From Chrysomallon squamiferum (Eukaryota > Animalia > Mollusca), in the NCBI GenBank assembly GCA_012295275.1, contig CM022671.1:33108001-33172000 (forward strand): DNA of 64,000 nucleotides, in the 5' to 3' direction. A program made the translations under genes and the position numbers. This document shows, in pieces, positions 40,260 to 54,900 of this stretch. The notes below the pieces were generated by a model. That model had not been told where the DNA came from, ran no database searches, and saw only the letters and a list, made by a program, of their open reading frames with translations. The first letter of the stretch is position 1, and every line of letters begins with the position of its first letter.

Positions 40260-41473
40260 ATTAAAATAAAAATTAAAATAAAATAGAATTCAAAATAATG
40301 AATAAATAAATGCAACATGCATGAAGGATTAATTTTAATGTACAGTGATGCAACTATGTAATTACATATTTTAAATATAAGATCATGCTTCTACCTATTC
40401 TGAAAATACAACTATCTGATAAATAAAATAAATAAAATAAAATAAAAAAATAAAACAATAGTTCGTTACCAGAAATAACACCAGATTTCTGAAACTGTGT
40501 GCCATCCAAAGCAGCATACTGGTGAAAAAAATAATACATATATATATATAATAAAAATATTAATTTAATATTCAACATTACAAAAAACACTCTCAAAGTT
40601 GAAGTAAGCAAAGGTAAACAGTGATCACGAAAGATTCAAAAACAGTAACATAAACACATGGTTGAACAGTTGCCAATTCTGGTCATATCTAGGTTCAATT
40701 CTCGACAAAGATTCCTGAATTTTCTGAAGACTACCTTGTGAAAATTATTAATACAGTTTGATTTCAATAGCCAGTTATTAAAAATAATCAATAAAACATG
40801 AAACTTTCACCAAAATCTAAACCACTAAAATATCACAAAGACAATGATTTTGATTAATAATCAGGCCTTGATTCCCTTGTGTCTTACCATGCTGCCAAAA
40901 GCAACTCTTCAAGCATCTTCCACAGGTTCTGAAACAAGAGCATTATAAAATATCATTAATCTTTGTATTAAAACTACTGTTACTATTTACATGTAGTCTG
41001 AAAATTCTAAATTCTAAAAATCTTATTATTTCTGTTTATTTCATTTCAATTTAAAAATATTTTTAAAATTTCCTAAATTATTTAACTTATATCTATTTAT
41101 GTTTTCTAACAGTATTTAATAATTAAATTTTAATTGAAAGATTAATTAGATTTCAAATGTAATTTAAACAGCATAATGATGCTGAGAGAAATTCTTATTA
41201 CAGCAGCTGGTATTAATCAACATCACTGTATCTGTAGAAAAATTAAAATCAATATTGTTTACCTCAGTTTTTCATTACAGGGTTGCACATCAGGTAGTCA
41301 AGAGGGGGAAAAGTTTCAGGTTCTATGCGCTGCTCTTTCATGTACTGAATACAGTCCTTGGCTGTTTTCTCAGAGTCACACACAATGGCATCCATGTACT
41401 TGCCAAGAACTTTGGTGATGGCCACCTGGTACTTTTTGTGACTGGGTTCACAAAGATCAATGAGACGACCATG
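39428..41473 (-). pseudogene. SMC1: SMC1 (cohesin) hinge-region pseudogene fragment
   Basis: Exon 41473-41263 reads [60 protein letters not shown] then a 1-nt frameshift. Remnant ~40944-40876 reads NALVSEPVEDA*RVAFGSMVRHK. Exon 40518-40470 reads ALDGTQFQKSGVISG. Further exons lie at 39895-39827 and ~39510-39428 (ending ANIR). These match the recalled SMC1A hinge. Confidence 0.9.
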
Positions 41474-42181
41474 CTAAAACAAAACAGTAACATTTATATA
41501 CTTACCCTAAAAATATTAATTTGATTCGCAATATTAATATAAAATTATTTATCATTAACTGAAAGAAGGTCTTTTCTTCCTGTATTATTTAATTTTTTAT
41601 CTTTTATTTTTTGTCTGTCTTATCAAAGAAGAAAATAAAAGAATGGTATTTAAACAATTATTTATGTATATTAATCTTTATAATACTGTTTATAATATTT
41701 GTAATAAAAAATTAACATTATTAAAATTTCCATACCAGGCTTTAACAAATAAACATTTAAATAAAAACAGAAACATTTTGAAGTATTTTAAAATATATCA
41801 TACTCCAACTCCACAACAAGAAAACAAGAGTAACTATTTCAAAGATTTAAGAATAAAATAAATACTTGAACATCATTAATTCAACATATACAATTAAAAT
41901 GCTGAAGAATCAAACCTAATCTGACCAAGATGTATGTAATTAAAATATAAATGACAGTTGTCTCTCCACTTGGTGTTGTTCTGTCACTGACTGCGTACTT
42001 GTCATGGGAAACATAATGAATGGATGAATAAACTAGTCAATAATATATTGTATTGTAATAACAAAATAACTTTAAGGACTGTATTAGGCAATCAGATGAC
42101 ATCATAAAATTAACGAAAATTAAAATAACTTCTCTAACTGCTATTTACTCACTACTTACCAGCTATGAAGCTTACACTTAC

Positions 42182-42233
42182 CACTGTCGCCGACAACAAT
42201 CACTTTAAACAGATGATCGAAATGTTTGGACAT
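42182..42233 (-). pseudogene. Orphan duplicate of Rab35-like exon 1 with partial promoter
   Basis: Identical 52-nt coding exon [17 protein letters not shown]|GTAAGT. No downstream Rab exons follow, and ~80 bp of the upstream CpG-rich region (12786-12865) is deleted. Confidence 0.9.
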
Positions 42234-42725
42234 CGTAACATAACTGACGTTCTGGTTTGACACTACGCTTCGTCTTGATATCGTTACGTAATGTGCGTCG
42301 ACTGCATTTTTAACATACAAGTGATGCTTTCCTAAGGACCGCTGACTCTTGAACTGACAGGCTATAAACCGCTTTTAGTCTTTAGCCTAATTTAAGTTTC
42401 CTTTCACCAAGAGTCTAACTGAGGTCACTTATTGGATTATAAAATTTATTTTTCCATTTTGCTATCTCAGCTATATTTTAATACATATGTAATACATAAA
42501 TCTGCTTATGATGACTAATATTTATTTATACATGTATGAATCTACGTGTTCACACATATGTAGACGTTTATATAGGCATGTAAAATTTAATTTGGAGGGT
42601 CATTTTTTGGGAGGGGCTTCAATTATTTTATAATTTAACATTCATATGTTCATATTTATATATATGTTTTTGTTTTTTTGCAAAACACCCGCACACACAT
42701 ACACATACACAATCTGAACAGTAAC

Positions 42726-42791
<66 letters not shown>

Positions 42792-43797
42792 TGCTTTTTC
42801 CTACTTTAGAGATGTTGAATGTGAATGACTCCTTGCTGCTAATAAATACGTGTCACTAACACACAATACCATATGTTATTATAACATTTATTTCAAATTT
42901 ATGTCAGGTACAAGGAAATCATTTGTTGCCTTTTACCCCAAAAGAAAGTATTCAAAATGAGATCAAAGCCCATTGAAATATTTCCTATTCAACCTCCAAG
43001 CCCATGTTACTTGATAGGTACATCAGTTTTATTTAACTGATGTTCTGTCTAAAGAAACCTGTAATATAAATTACATTTAACAGCTACAATAATTAATTAC
43101 AGAGAAACAACAACATGGTGAATATTTTATTTTCCACAAAACATACATGGTAATTATAGTGATAGTACTTTTACATAATTTTAGACACTTTTTCTCTCAC
43201 ATCTATACACAAGGCGTTCTCGGCAGATTGCTTTGAATGCACAAACCTCAACAAACTATCACAAGTTTGATTCATTAATTTTAATGGTCTGCATTGTCAG
43301 TACAAAATACTCACCAATATAATAATGAGAAAAAACCCAAAGAAATTAAATGTTTGCTCATAACATTATTGTGCATATGTTAAACATTATCACTAACATA
43401 TTATATGATCGTGCTATGTTATCACTGCATTATGAAAATTTTAAAATACCACATTACTGCATAGATACGTGTAATTATCACTACAATAATTATAAACAAG
43501 TTAAAGCATCACATAATCACAGATACAGGCCTACAGGTAATTGATTATCATATGTTTACTTGTCACTCTGTAATGTACATATTCATTTTTATTATAAGAT
43601 GTTAATTATCATTTTATCACATCAGTATGTACTTATTCTTTACAGATATTTTCAATGAATAAAGAGTGCATAAGTAATTTAGTTATGTACCCACTCCCTA
43701 GTCAGCCTGAGAGCTTTAAACTGTAGCAAAATTAAAGTGAAAGATACGCACAGACATATAAGCCAGTTATATAATTATAAAGATTAAAACCAGTATT

Positions 43798-44447
43798 TCA
43801 AAACACAAATATGATAACTACTGAAATGATCATCACACACCACTGGACAAACGGGAATGCTGCACCACACGCTGAAAAAGATAAATAGTATTTTTACTTG
43901 TGACAAGAGTTCAGCTGAAATTTTATAATATATTCCATATTTATCACACTAGAAGCTGAAATTACATTTTTAAAAAAATATATAAAAAAAAACATTTTAA
44001 AAATCTGTAATCCTGTCATCGTCTTACGCTGTATCTTTATATAAAACTTTCTGTGTTATTTTTTCTCTTTTTTTCCCCCTTTATTTTATTTTCTATTACT
44101 GTTATTAGTCACATGTACTCACTATGGCTCTTACACTCGTTAACTATTTTCTAATTAATAGTAGAGAATAAAATATTTAAAAAAAGAAGTAAACAAATAC
44201 CTACTTGGATCTGTTACACCTTCTTGCCATGATTTTGTTTCACCACGAATGTCACAAACCAAACAGTTACTGTATGGGAATCTTCCACCTTTCTGAATGC
44301 ACTGACCACGCACTGTACAGTAATCCTCCTGCAAATATTCAAACAATAATTACATAATTTATACACATTTATTATTCACATTTTTAAACATTTTAAAATA
44401 GATATCACTGAATAAAATTCAAAATAAATAAATATAAGCGATTAAAT

Positions 44448-44532
<85 letters not shown>

Positions 44533-47500
44533 TGTGGTGTGTGTATGAGTATCTCTCAGATTTGTAATGTAACAGATAAACTTTCATACTGTGCTGCTAT
44601 GTAAAAATATGAAGTACTAACTGCCACTGTACACTGTACAGCACTGTTGACAATTTTACACGTTTGACAAGTGGAGTTGTAGATAACAACAACGCTCTCC
44701 TCACTGTACACAACACCGTTGTTGGACACAGATACATGGTAAGCAAGAGGATCATCCACTGCTGGGGCTCCAAGTACTGATCTCTTGTTTCGAAGAACTG
44801 GGAAGCCACAGTTAATTTGGAAAATATTTTCTACATGAGCAGTTACAGAGTGTGTGTTGAACATATCAGCAACTTCATCCTCCTTTTCCTGTAGTAAAGA
44901 AAACGTTTTTTTTTTTTTTTTTTTGTAAAACAGTATGAATGCATCAATAATTTGATCTATATTTAAACTATATCTGAACTGCTTAAAAAAAAAAAAAAAA
45001 ACCCATTGAAAATGTACATTTTAGACAGATAAATGAAAGAAATATTATATGAAAACCTTCCACTGTTCTGGAATCCATTGATCATGCAGTATACAATAAC
45101 GTGCAATAATTCAAAATTAGCATTAAAAATAGATTTTAATATAATTTATCTACCTTGACACCTCGAAATCTGCAAACAGCACTAGGACTGTCAATAAAAG
45201 TGTCCCCAAACAAAGTTATTTCAGTGCAGGAGTCTTCATTGAGATCACAAAGACCTCCCAAATCCACTTCACTTATCACTGGAGGAGACAACAGATCAAC
45301 AGAACAATCTGGTCCTGAGAAGTTTTCATTACACTTACAAGAGCCTGTTGTAGAAAAAACAACAACACAAAAACAAAAACAAGTTATAATACCCAAGCAG
45401 ATAGAAAAATAAATAGATTTAATGCTATTTTTAATCAAAGTTACATCCTATAAAACACACATACACACACACGCACGCATATACAAACACAAACAATATA
45501 CACATATACATACAATGTAAAATTGATTACAATAAACATTATAACGTTTGCTCTTCTTTTTAAAACACTGGCATTTGATTACTGCGGTATCACTCATAAT
45601 AAACACTTTCGTATAAAAAGAATCAAAGGACAAAAATATTTAGAAATACTGATACACTTCTATTTATCTGCTTGTACAACACGTAAAATATAATGTATAA
45701 AATCTACCATTGATACAGACGCCATGTCCTGAACAACCACTTGGACAGGTAACTTTGAAAACTTTGTCAAGCAGTGATTCCCCATCTTCTTCTTTCTGCT
45801 GATAAGTGGAGTTCATGACCACCATTTCCCGAGTGAATGCTTCAATAGCATCAACAGCAGCATAGAAAAAAGTTGTGTTACCAGTTGCCTTAAAGTAAAA
45901 TATGAAAACAATTAATAATAGAAATTTAGAAGAAACAAATCACTGGGCTTTTTTTTTAATAGAAAAGCAGTTTGTAAACTTTCTAATTTTAATAACAGTC
46001 AGAAGTTTAAAATAGTTTGAAATATGTTACCAGTTTATTTCCAGATCCATAATTATCATATGTAGTGATACCAGTATAGACTTACCCAAATATGAAGGTT
46101 ATATTATATAACAATAAGAAAATCAGATATAGTTATTAACTAACATAGATTAACCCAGCTGCCAAAATCTGTACTAGGAAACACTTATCCAGATTTCATA
46201 ATGATTTCAGATACTGACAAACAACAGACTTCCCAGGTTTGTAATAGTTACTAACAAATACAGACTTACCCAGATGTCAAAGACACAGTCTCTAATGCTG
46301 TTGATGACGTTAATCTCTAGGATGTTTTTAGACAGTTGTACAGAAGGAAGAGAATTTAAGTGTTTTTCACAGTATTCAGTTGCAGTCTCATTGGTCCATC
46401 CATTTAGCCATATGTCTGCCTCCTGTTAAGTACAGTTATAATAATATAGAAAAATAAACCCAAACATCTTTAATACATAATTATTATAATAATAATTATA
46501 TTATAGGAAATAAATGATATACAAACAAAATTATCTTTAAACAACTCTGAATCCCATGTAGTTAAAAATATTAGTTTTACTACTGGAGTTAGTGTGCATC
46601 TATTATTTATATTTAAATGATATAAATACAATTAACATCATAAAGGATATGCATATATAAAAAGTTTATATAATTAATAATATTATTACTGATTTTTATG
46701 GGCACTTGAGTTCTCTATGTCTGTTAGTGTCACACTGGTACTGAACTTCACATACTTACCCTCTTTTCCACTGTCACAGTATTTAGGTTTGGAGTATACT
46801 TTGAATGCCTGACTGATCTTTTCTTTATGGCATGAATGTTACATCGTTTTTGATTTGGTACAACTACATCATTGGGCTGATCTTTTCTGCAGTTTGTGAC
46901 TTCCTGCTTTGGACCACAAAGAATTTCTGTACATGGTGGATTTTTACAGTTGTTGCAGTTGCAGTATGATTTAGCCTGATCCCAATTATCCAACTGTCCA
47001 TAGTTGTTAGATTCAAACAGGTTGTTTTCAGTGTCTACTCTACAAGACACAAATGTTAAATATTGCTTTATCTGTCCACTCTACAATATACAGATGTTCA
47101 ATATTGCTTTAACTCTTTATTAATGGTGGACTGACGTTTAACTTTTTATTATAACATTTCATACATAAAAATGTAAAAAGAAAGAAAGAAAAACAATTTC
47201 CTCAAAACTAAAATATAGCAACTTGATTTGTAAGGCTTCTTTCATTATGTAACTCTTAAAAAAAAAAAAATAATAATAATATAAAAAATAATAAAAAAAG
47301 TGGTGAAAATATAACAATTGTCATCCTGTCTGTTTCCTATGTACTTGCTATTTTATTATTATTTAAAACAGAAACAATCCCTAAGAGAAATGTATCAGTA
47401 TCTTGAGTTGAAAATTTATTCTTTAAGTCATTTTTATAAATACCAAATGTTAATCAGAAAACCTCCACAAATGACAATGGCAAAAACTTACAAGAAAAAT

Positions 47501-47940
47501 TATATTTATATGTCACATGTCATAATAATCAGTCAAATGTAATCATATCATCTGTTATAATTCACACACATTATTCAATATGCTAACATGCATTTTCAAC
47601 ACGATCTATAATTATTAACAATATTACGGAAAGATTTATTTTCATAATGATGCAGTATTATAAAACACAAATGTGATTATACCTCCATGAGTTGGAAAAC
47701 TGAGGACCCCAGGTTGACTGTGTTTCATCTCTTAATACAAAATCATCAGCCTGTGTTTTGGAAAATTTGCCACAGAGTCCTCGACTGTTTTCATTGTCAT
47801 GAACTGATGGTGTTATATAGACATTAAATAAATAGCTTCCATGGAAATGTACAAGTGTTCCAGTGGGAATCAAAACCTGTTAAACACAAATATTATAGAG
47901 ATTTTATTTTATTGAAAACAATGTTATTATTTTGTTTTAC

Positions 47941-48002
<62 letters not shown>

Positions 48003-48982
48003 ACAATAAATGCTTTAATAAACGTTTGTAATTAGAGGACGATGTTTTACAAAGAATTAATTATGCTCTTGTGAATGTATTTTTAAAAAAGGACTTAGCA
48101 TGTTTGATTTATTTTAATGTAATTATTTTATTTAGACACCTACTTCTGCTAGTAATAAACAAATAATAAGACTAAATTTTATTATGTTAGAAACCATTTT
48201 CACATCAGTTACAACTGAAATAAAAAAATTCCACCTAAATTACTGTAGCTGCTACATCATTAATTTCTAATAGATAATTATTGTCATATATTTTGGCACT
48301 GTTTTGCTATATTTTGTCATGCGTTGTTATTTATTATCAAGCATAATGTCCAGATTTACATAATGTCTGTATTTCTCCATTCCATTTTTAGCAGATTAAA
48401 TATTTTTAATAATAATGATGATGTCGATGATGATGATAATGATGATGGTGATGATGATGATGGTATATATGTTTATGGTGATGATGATAATAATGATTAT
48501 CGTGATGATAATGGTAATAATAACAATAAAATATTATTGTTATTATTATTATTATTACTTGATAATCTGCATCATTTTTCTTCCTGACATCCAAGACATC
48601 ATCAACATCATCACACAAAGTGAATTCCAGTCTTCTGTGACCGTGACATCGTTGAACCACAAAGACAGATCTTCCTGCTCGTATAGCAATACCACACACA
48701 CAGAAAGCACGGTTATTGTTACAAGGTGTGGTTTCTATCTGCACCTGTAAATGATAAAGGAGTTATTGAAATTGTAAAACCACCATTTATAAGTGCCAAG
48801 AAATAAATTTAGATTTGTTTTACATTTGTTTTTGAGAGGGTTTTGTTTGTTTTGTTTTTGTTGTTGTTTTTTTCCTACACATATATAACCGAATTGTTTA
48901 TTAGGAATATGTAAGGCAGATAATAACACTTCTACGATATTTCACAGAAGTTTTCTTACAAGGACATCAGATATTTCGTATG

Positions 48983-49018
<36 letters not shown>

Positions 49019-49860
49019 ATCATTATATCAACTTCTGATGCCTGATCAGCTTTTATAACATTTTTCAGTGCATATTTGTAGAGATACAGAGATATCTCAC
49101 AGTATTTGATTAACAAATCTAAGATAATTAACTATGACTGAACAATAACTTGTAAGCAAACAGAATATTTTTAGGATACTTCTTCTCGTTAAAATTAAAT
49201 ATATCTTTATGAATGTTTTCTGTGGGTTGTATGTATTTTCTTTACCTCAACTTGATGTTTTGTGTTTTTATAGAGAGTGAACGTTCCCAGGTACTGGTGT
49301 TCATAATGTCTGAAAATTTAAGCAGTATGAAAATTAAAAAAATAAAACAAAAAGATAACATAAAAGAAATTTAATCTGATTATTTACAGCATTAAAATAC
49401 TACTTTTATGTCACCATTTTGTATAAAGTGAATTTTTTAAATTATCCACTTCGATCGAACTGTTATTTATTTCTTCATAGAAGTCTTTGCTGATTATAAA
49501 ATGTCAAATGAAAATAGCAAGCAAAAAGAAAGACTTTGCTCATCCTCCTATCTTTAGTGACATTAAGTAAAAAGAAATAATATGTTGTCTTTAATACATA
49601 AAAAAAAAACTACTTAAATATTGTAATAAAAATTACCGAATACGTAAATTGTAAACTTGAAAATTTATTCATTTTTATCTGATACAAACTGCATTAAAAC
49701 ATTATCTTTATCTACTTTTAATGAGTTCTCATACAATCACAAAATATAGACTAAAATATATAACAAAATGGCTTTGGCTAAGGAAAATTTCACTGGCCAG
49801 TAATTTGTGATTTTACTGTAAATGAAATCTGATAGCAATAAAGTAAATATTATGCACAGA

Positions 49861-49913
<53 letters not shown>

Positions 49914-51906
49914 CAATAACAATAACAATAACAATAATAATAACAACAACAACAAAGAAGAAGAACATTAACTGTAAGAATTATTTATTACAACATTTAT
50001 GTACTTACACGCCATCAAATGTCAGCATATGTGGATCACTGACTGCATGACATATTTTCCCTCCTAACATCGTTGTGTCCACATGTATTTCAACCTAAAA
50101 CATTTAAAACATATCTTTACTCAAATTACTGTAACTAACATATAACCTCTGTATATTTCCAAGTTATATTTGTTTCTTAACAATAATCTTTGATAATAAC
50201 AAAATATAACTATAGGGTAACAAGTTCATTTGCCATTATTTTGTACACAGAAGTGTAAAAATAAAAATCTGACAAACGAAGGGAATGACAACTAATTTTG
50301 CGTAGATTTAATTTGATTGTTAAGTATGTTCACATTTTTAAAATTCAATATTTGTATGAAAACATGAAATGATGCATTTAAAAAAACGGAAATAAAAAAA
50401 ATACCAATAATAATACAAACCTAGTTCTTAGGGGGCACATAATCCAGTTGGACCAAACACGATAAATTCACTAGCTTAACAAAAAAAAAAAAAAAAAAAA
50501 AAAAACAACAACAACAACAGCAAGATGTTATCCTGAGACCTTCAGCCATCCTATTGTTTAAAATAAATGCTAAACAAGTTATCCTTTGACGTAAGTTTTT
50601 AAATAATAATAATACTAATAATATTCAAAAATACATACTTAAAAAAAGGAAAAGGAAGAAAATGGTAGATAGCACAGTAATATTGGAAACAACTTTTCAA
50701 AGAATAATTTTAAAATATTGCATCATACTGTAACACTTCCGAATGAATTATAGTTGGACCAGATCTTGTGGTGTAGAAACCTTCCTGTTCCAAGTTTTAA
50801 TGTCATTGTTAAAGTTGTTTTTTCAGTTGATTTCACATTATTTTTCATCTTGACTGTAAAACTGTGTATTTTTTCCCAATCGGTGTTTTCTACTTCTTGT
50901 ACACAGTTAGATGGTTTGAGAATTTCTCCTTCACATACATTAATCTGAGTATTTTCTAGAAGAGTCACTCCTAGTTGACATGGTCTGTTACTAAAACAAC
51001 CAAAAGGGGCAGTCAGTTGGAACTTGACCTCACCAGTATCACCAGGTTTCAAACTTATTCTTGTTGTTAGAAGCTGGAAATATAAAATTGAAATAAGTTG
51101 TTTTCCTGAGTTATATATGGAAATGTAAATTCATATATTTATCATTTATAATAAACTATTTCACGCATGTTAAATAACTATCAATTTTTTTAAATTTCAT
51201 TGGAGTTATTTCTAAATAAATAAGATTAAGAAATAAAAAACATGTTATTTTTGAGTCTACGTACCTTTATTCCTACATAGCGAGACTTGCTCAGAGTCAG
51301 TTTACTGCCTGCAGAGTCTTCTTTGTAGCTTGCTCTCACACCACAACTTACCTGAAAATTTACAAAAATATACATTATAGTTAGTTCAGTAGTATGTACA
51401 AATGATTCAAAGCAACAAATGAATGGTATACATAATAATAATAATAATAATAATAATGATCATTATTAGTATTAGTAGTAGTAGCATGCAAATATTACTT
51501 TAAAAAGCACAAAAATAACAAAAGAAAAAAGAAAAAGAAAAAACAACAACAAACAAAAACGCAACAACAACAAATAAATAGCACAAAAAAGCAATGCAGA
51601 TATAGTTTATAAATTACTCACATAGAAACCCACAGTAGTTATGCCTTTTTCAGACAGAGTTGTCTCACTTAGTTTGTTGTTCTGATCTTGTTTCTGCCAG
51701 AGATATGGATCAGAAGTAGAGAAGAATTTGTTATCAATATACCAATAAATCTTGTAGAACACTTCTTCAGCGGATTTTTCAAAGTTACAAGAAAAACTGA
51801 ATTTCGAATGTTTTCCCTCTTTAACCAAATCCAAACCAATCGTAGGTGTGCGGGAGAACTGAGGAACTATATAATTAAAAACAACAACAACAACAACAAC
51901 AACAAC

Positions 51907-51951
<45 letters not shown>

Positions 51952-54900
51952 CAGAAGAATAGAAACAACAACAAGAGAATTAATTGAATATGTAGCATTT
52001 ATTAAGCTTAAAGAGCATGAAAAATAGCTTTGTATATTCCAGCTTTGTATATTTCCCTTATTTTAGTATGATTTATCCGTGCAAACAAAATGCATACTAA
52101 CTTTTGTATACTTTCACATGATATTTTGTTCACTGATACCAACATTTAAATTAAAGTTTAACAACAATTAAGCATGACTAAATTAAATACCCTCAAAGAT
52201 GGATTGAAATTAGGCAGTTTCCTTTCTATGATATATTTTCATTCAAGAAAAGTAAAAAGATCGACACCATTACTGACAAAAAAAAAAAAAAAAAAAAAAA
52301 AAAAACATCCCATCCCGAACGAGATACCAACTTTGGAATGACTGATTCCATCCATTAGAATTTTTCTTTTTTAACTGTCGTTTTGGTTTTGGTTTTTAAA
52401 AATATTATTACTGTCATTCTGTCTAAAACCTAGTATGATGAAAACACCCACATAATATAACCCTGTTTCTGTTTAAGCTCGGTGTTTTTTTTTTCTATTG
52501 TACTTTTCTTATTACCATAGGTTAATGGTTTAAACAAATGAAACTGAACATTATTTTTATTTACAATAAGAACATTTTAATGGCAACAAACATTTGCAAA
52601 TTTTCAACACAGAATAAAAAAAATTCAGTACTTTAGAGAAAGATAATGAATAACAAAAATGTTACAACTTACCATTAGCTGCAGAATCTACAAAATAAAA
52701 TCAGTTGTGTATAGAATTTTAAAAAAAAACTGAATGCCTGTTTACTTAGTGAAATCCGGGTATCATTAATTTAAAAGATAAACAGATGGTTCCAAAGTAG
52801 AAATATTAATAACCAAGTGTTAAATTTAGTCAGCTTACTGAAACTGGCCAATTTATATTTGTTTGTTTGTTTCTTTTTTTGCTTTTTTGTTTATTTATTT
52901 ATTTATTTATTTACTTATTATCATTATTATAATTATGTCTGTGTTTTCATGCTTACTCAAACAATAGCCAGAATCTGATGGAGTTTGTTTGAGATAGTAC
53001 ACTTTGTGTGTTTCACAGTTTATGGCTTGCACTGTAAATGGATCATCACACTCATTCTGCTCCTGTATGCACATAGTCACATTCAATGTTCCTTCTGCAT
53101 TTGTCACCTCTGAAATTTACATTGCTATTATTTTACAAGAAATATACTGAATATACACACTCACAAAACAATACAATTTATTAAGTAATGAAATTTTAAT
53201 TCTTTCTAAAAACAGTATGGTTAAAGACACCATGACACTAGTTAACATTAAATATATATGGGAAAATTCTTTATTATTTAAACCGAATAGCAATATATTG
53301 GGTGGACCAAACCAAACACAATAAGATAAATATAACATCTCTATCTCAAAAACCACATTACATGATTAAAGTCATCCTAAAATTTCAAGCTAATATCTCT
53401 GATAGTAGTTTTTGGATACTCCAGCATCATGTCACTCGCTGCATTGCAATGGCACCTGTCAATCAAGTGTCATCTGACAAAGTGTCAGGCTGGACTATTT
53501 ATAGACAGAGATACTGACATAAATCCCCCAGACAAAAAAGCCCAGTGAAAAATTAAAGTAGGACAAAAACTGCCAGAAACAAAATAATAATAATTGACCA
53601 TTCTTTTATATTTTCACTGATATTTAATTATCAAAATAATGCATGTATGTAGTTACATTGGGTGTGATCAGTTTTAATAACTGACGAACTTTAAAAGTAA
53701 TCCCATAATTAGCATACAAGTGACTTAGCATAGCTTAGAAAATAATTTTGTCATTAAGTATTAGTATCCAATGACATTTAAAAAAAAAATACATTCAGTT
53801 TACAAAATGGTGAAATTCCCAATATATATTAAGGTATGTTATCTCATTTTGTTAATGCGAATGTCTGCTGATTTTATCTGGAGATTCTTATGTCCTACCT
53901 TGTTTTTTCACTGGGTGGCTTTTGTCCTTCCTTGCAAATACACTGGAGGGGGTTTGTCTGCCTGGGCATTTTTTGACTGGGGGAGGGCTTTTATTCTGAG
54001 GACTTATGTCCTACATTCAGTCAAAAGTATTGGGATTGGAATAAATAAATAAATAAATAATTTAAAAAATAATTTTAGTTCTTTTAGTCTTTGTTTTCTT
54101 AACATTATATCCAAGATGGTATTCTTGAGTTTGCATAAAGACTTAGTGGTCATTTCGTTTCATAGAGAAAGTTTCTTGCAGTGCTAGAATCATGAAAGAA
54201 TCATAAACAAATCTCGTTTGACTAATATGGTTCAAGTATATTTTCCCTGCTGGCTTTATTATTGATTTAAATGTAATTTCAAATCCTACAGCATCATAAT
54301 TTCCAAATGAAATATTTCCATATGATCTGATAATAATAATATAATTTGTGACTTTGCGAATGGGCAGGCATTTTCCATTTTTAATTTTTACAAAAAATAA
54401 TAATAATTTTTTAAAAAGCACTGGTACTTTTGCAGTGATTTACCGAGATTAACAACATTTCATTTACATTTAACTGCATGAAGTGACATTCATAAAATAA
54501 TGTGTACCTCCTAAGGCTTTATACTTTACTATTCTTTAAATAGCAAAGGCTAAATAAACGAGAAAAGCACTATATTCTGGTCATTCCTTTATGCCTGTGA
54601 ATTTTTAAAGATGCATCTTACTTTTGGTTGAATAGTACTTACCTTCCTTTGCCCAAATGGGAAAAAATGTCCCACATTTGTAAGGACCCGGTGGAGCTGA
54701 TGCTATGTCTAAGGTACTTCCATACCACCCTTCTGTGATATATCGATCATTAATTGGCGAATCTGATTCTCCCACTTCATAATTGACATCACGTCTTTCT
54801 TCGTTTGGAAACGGAGAATAGTTGTCACAGGGTTCGCCTAAGATAACGTTATATATTACTCAAATATTTTCTTTATTTTTAAAGATTACTGCCTAATATC

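Noticed and set aside
39428-42233. Functional Rab-SMC1 fusion protein
   Set aside because: Phase 1 donor to phase 0 exon gives a stop after 5 codons, and the SMC1 exons have their own frameshift, stop and lost donor.
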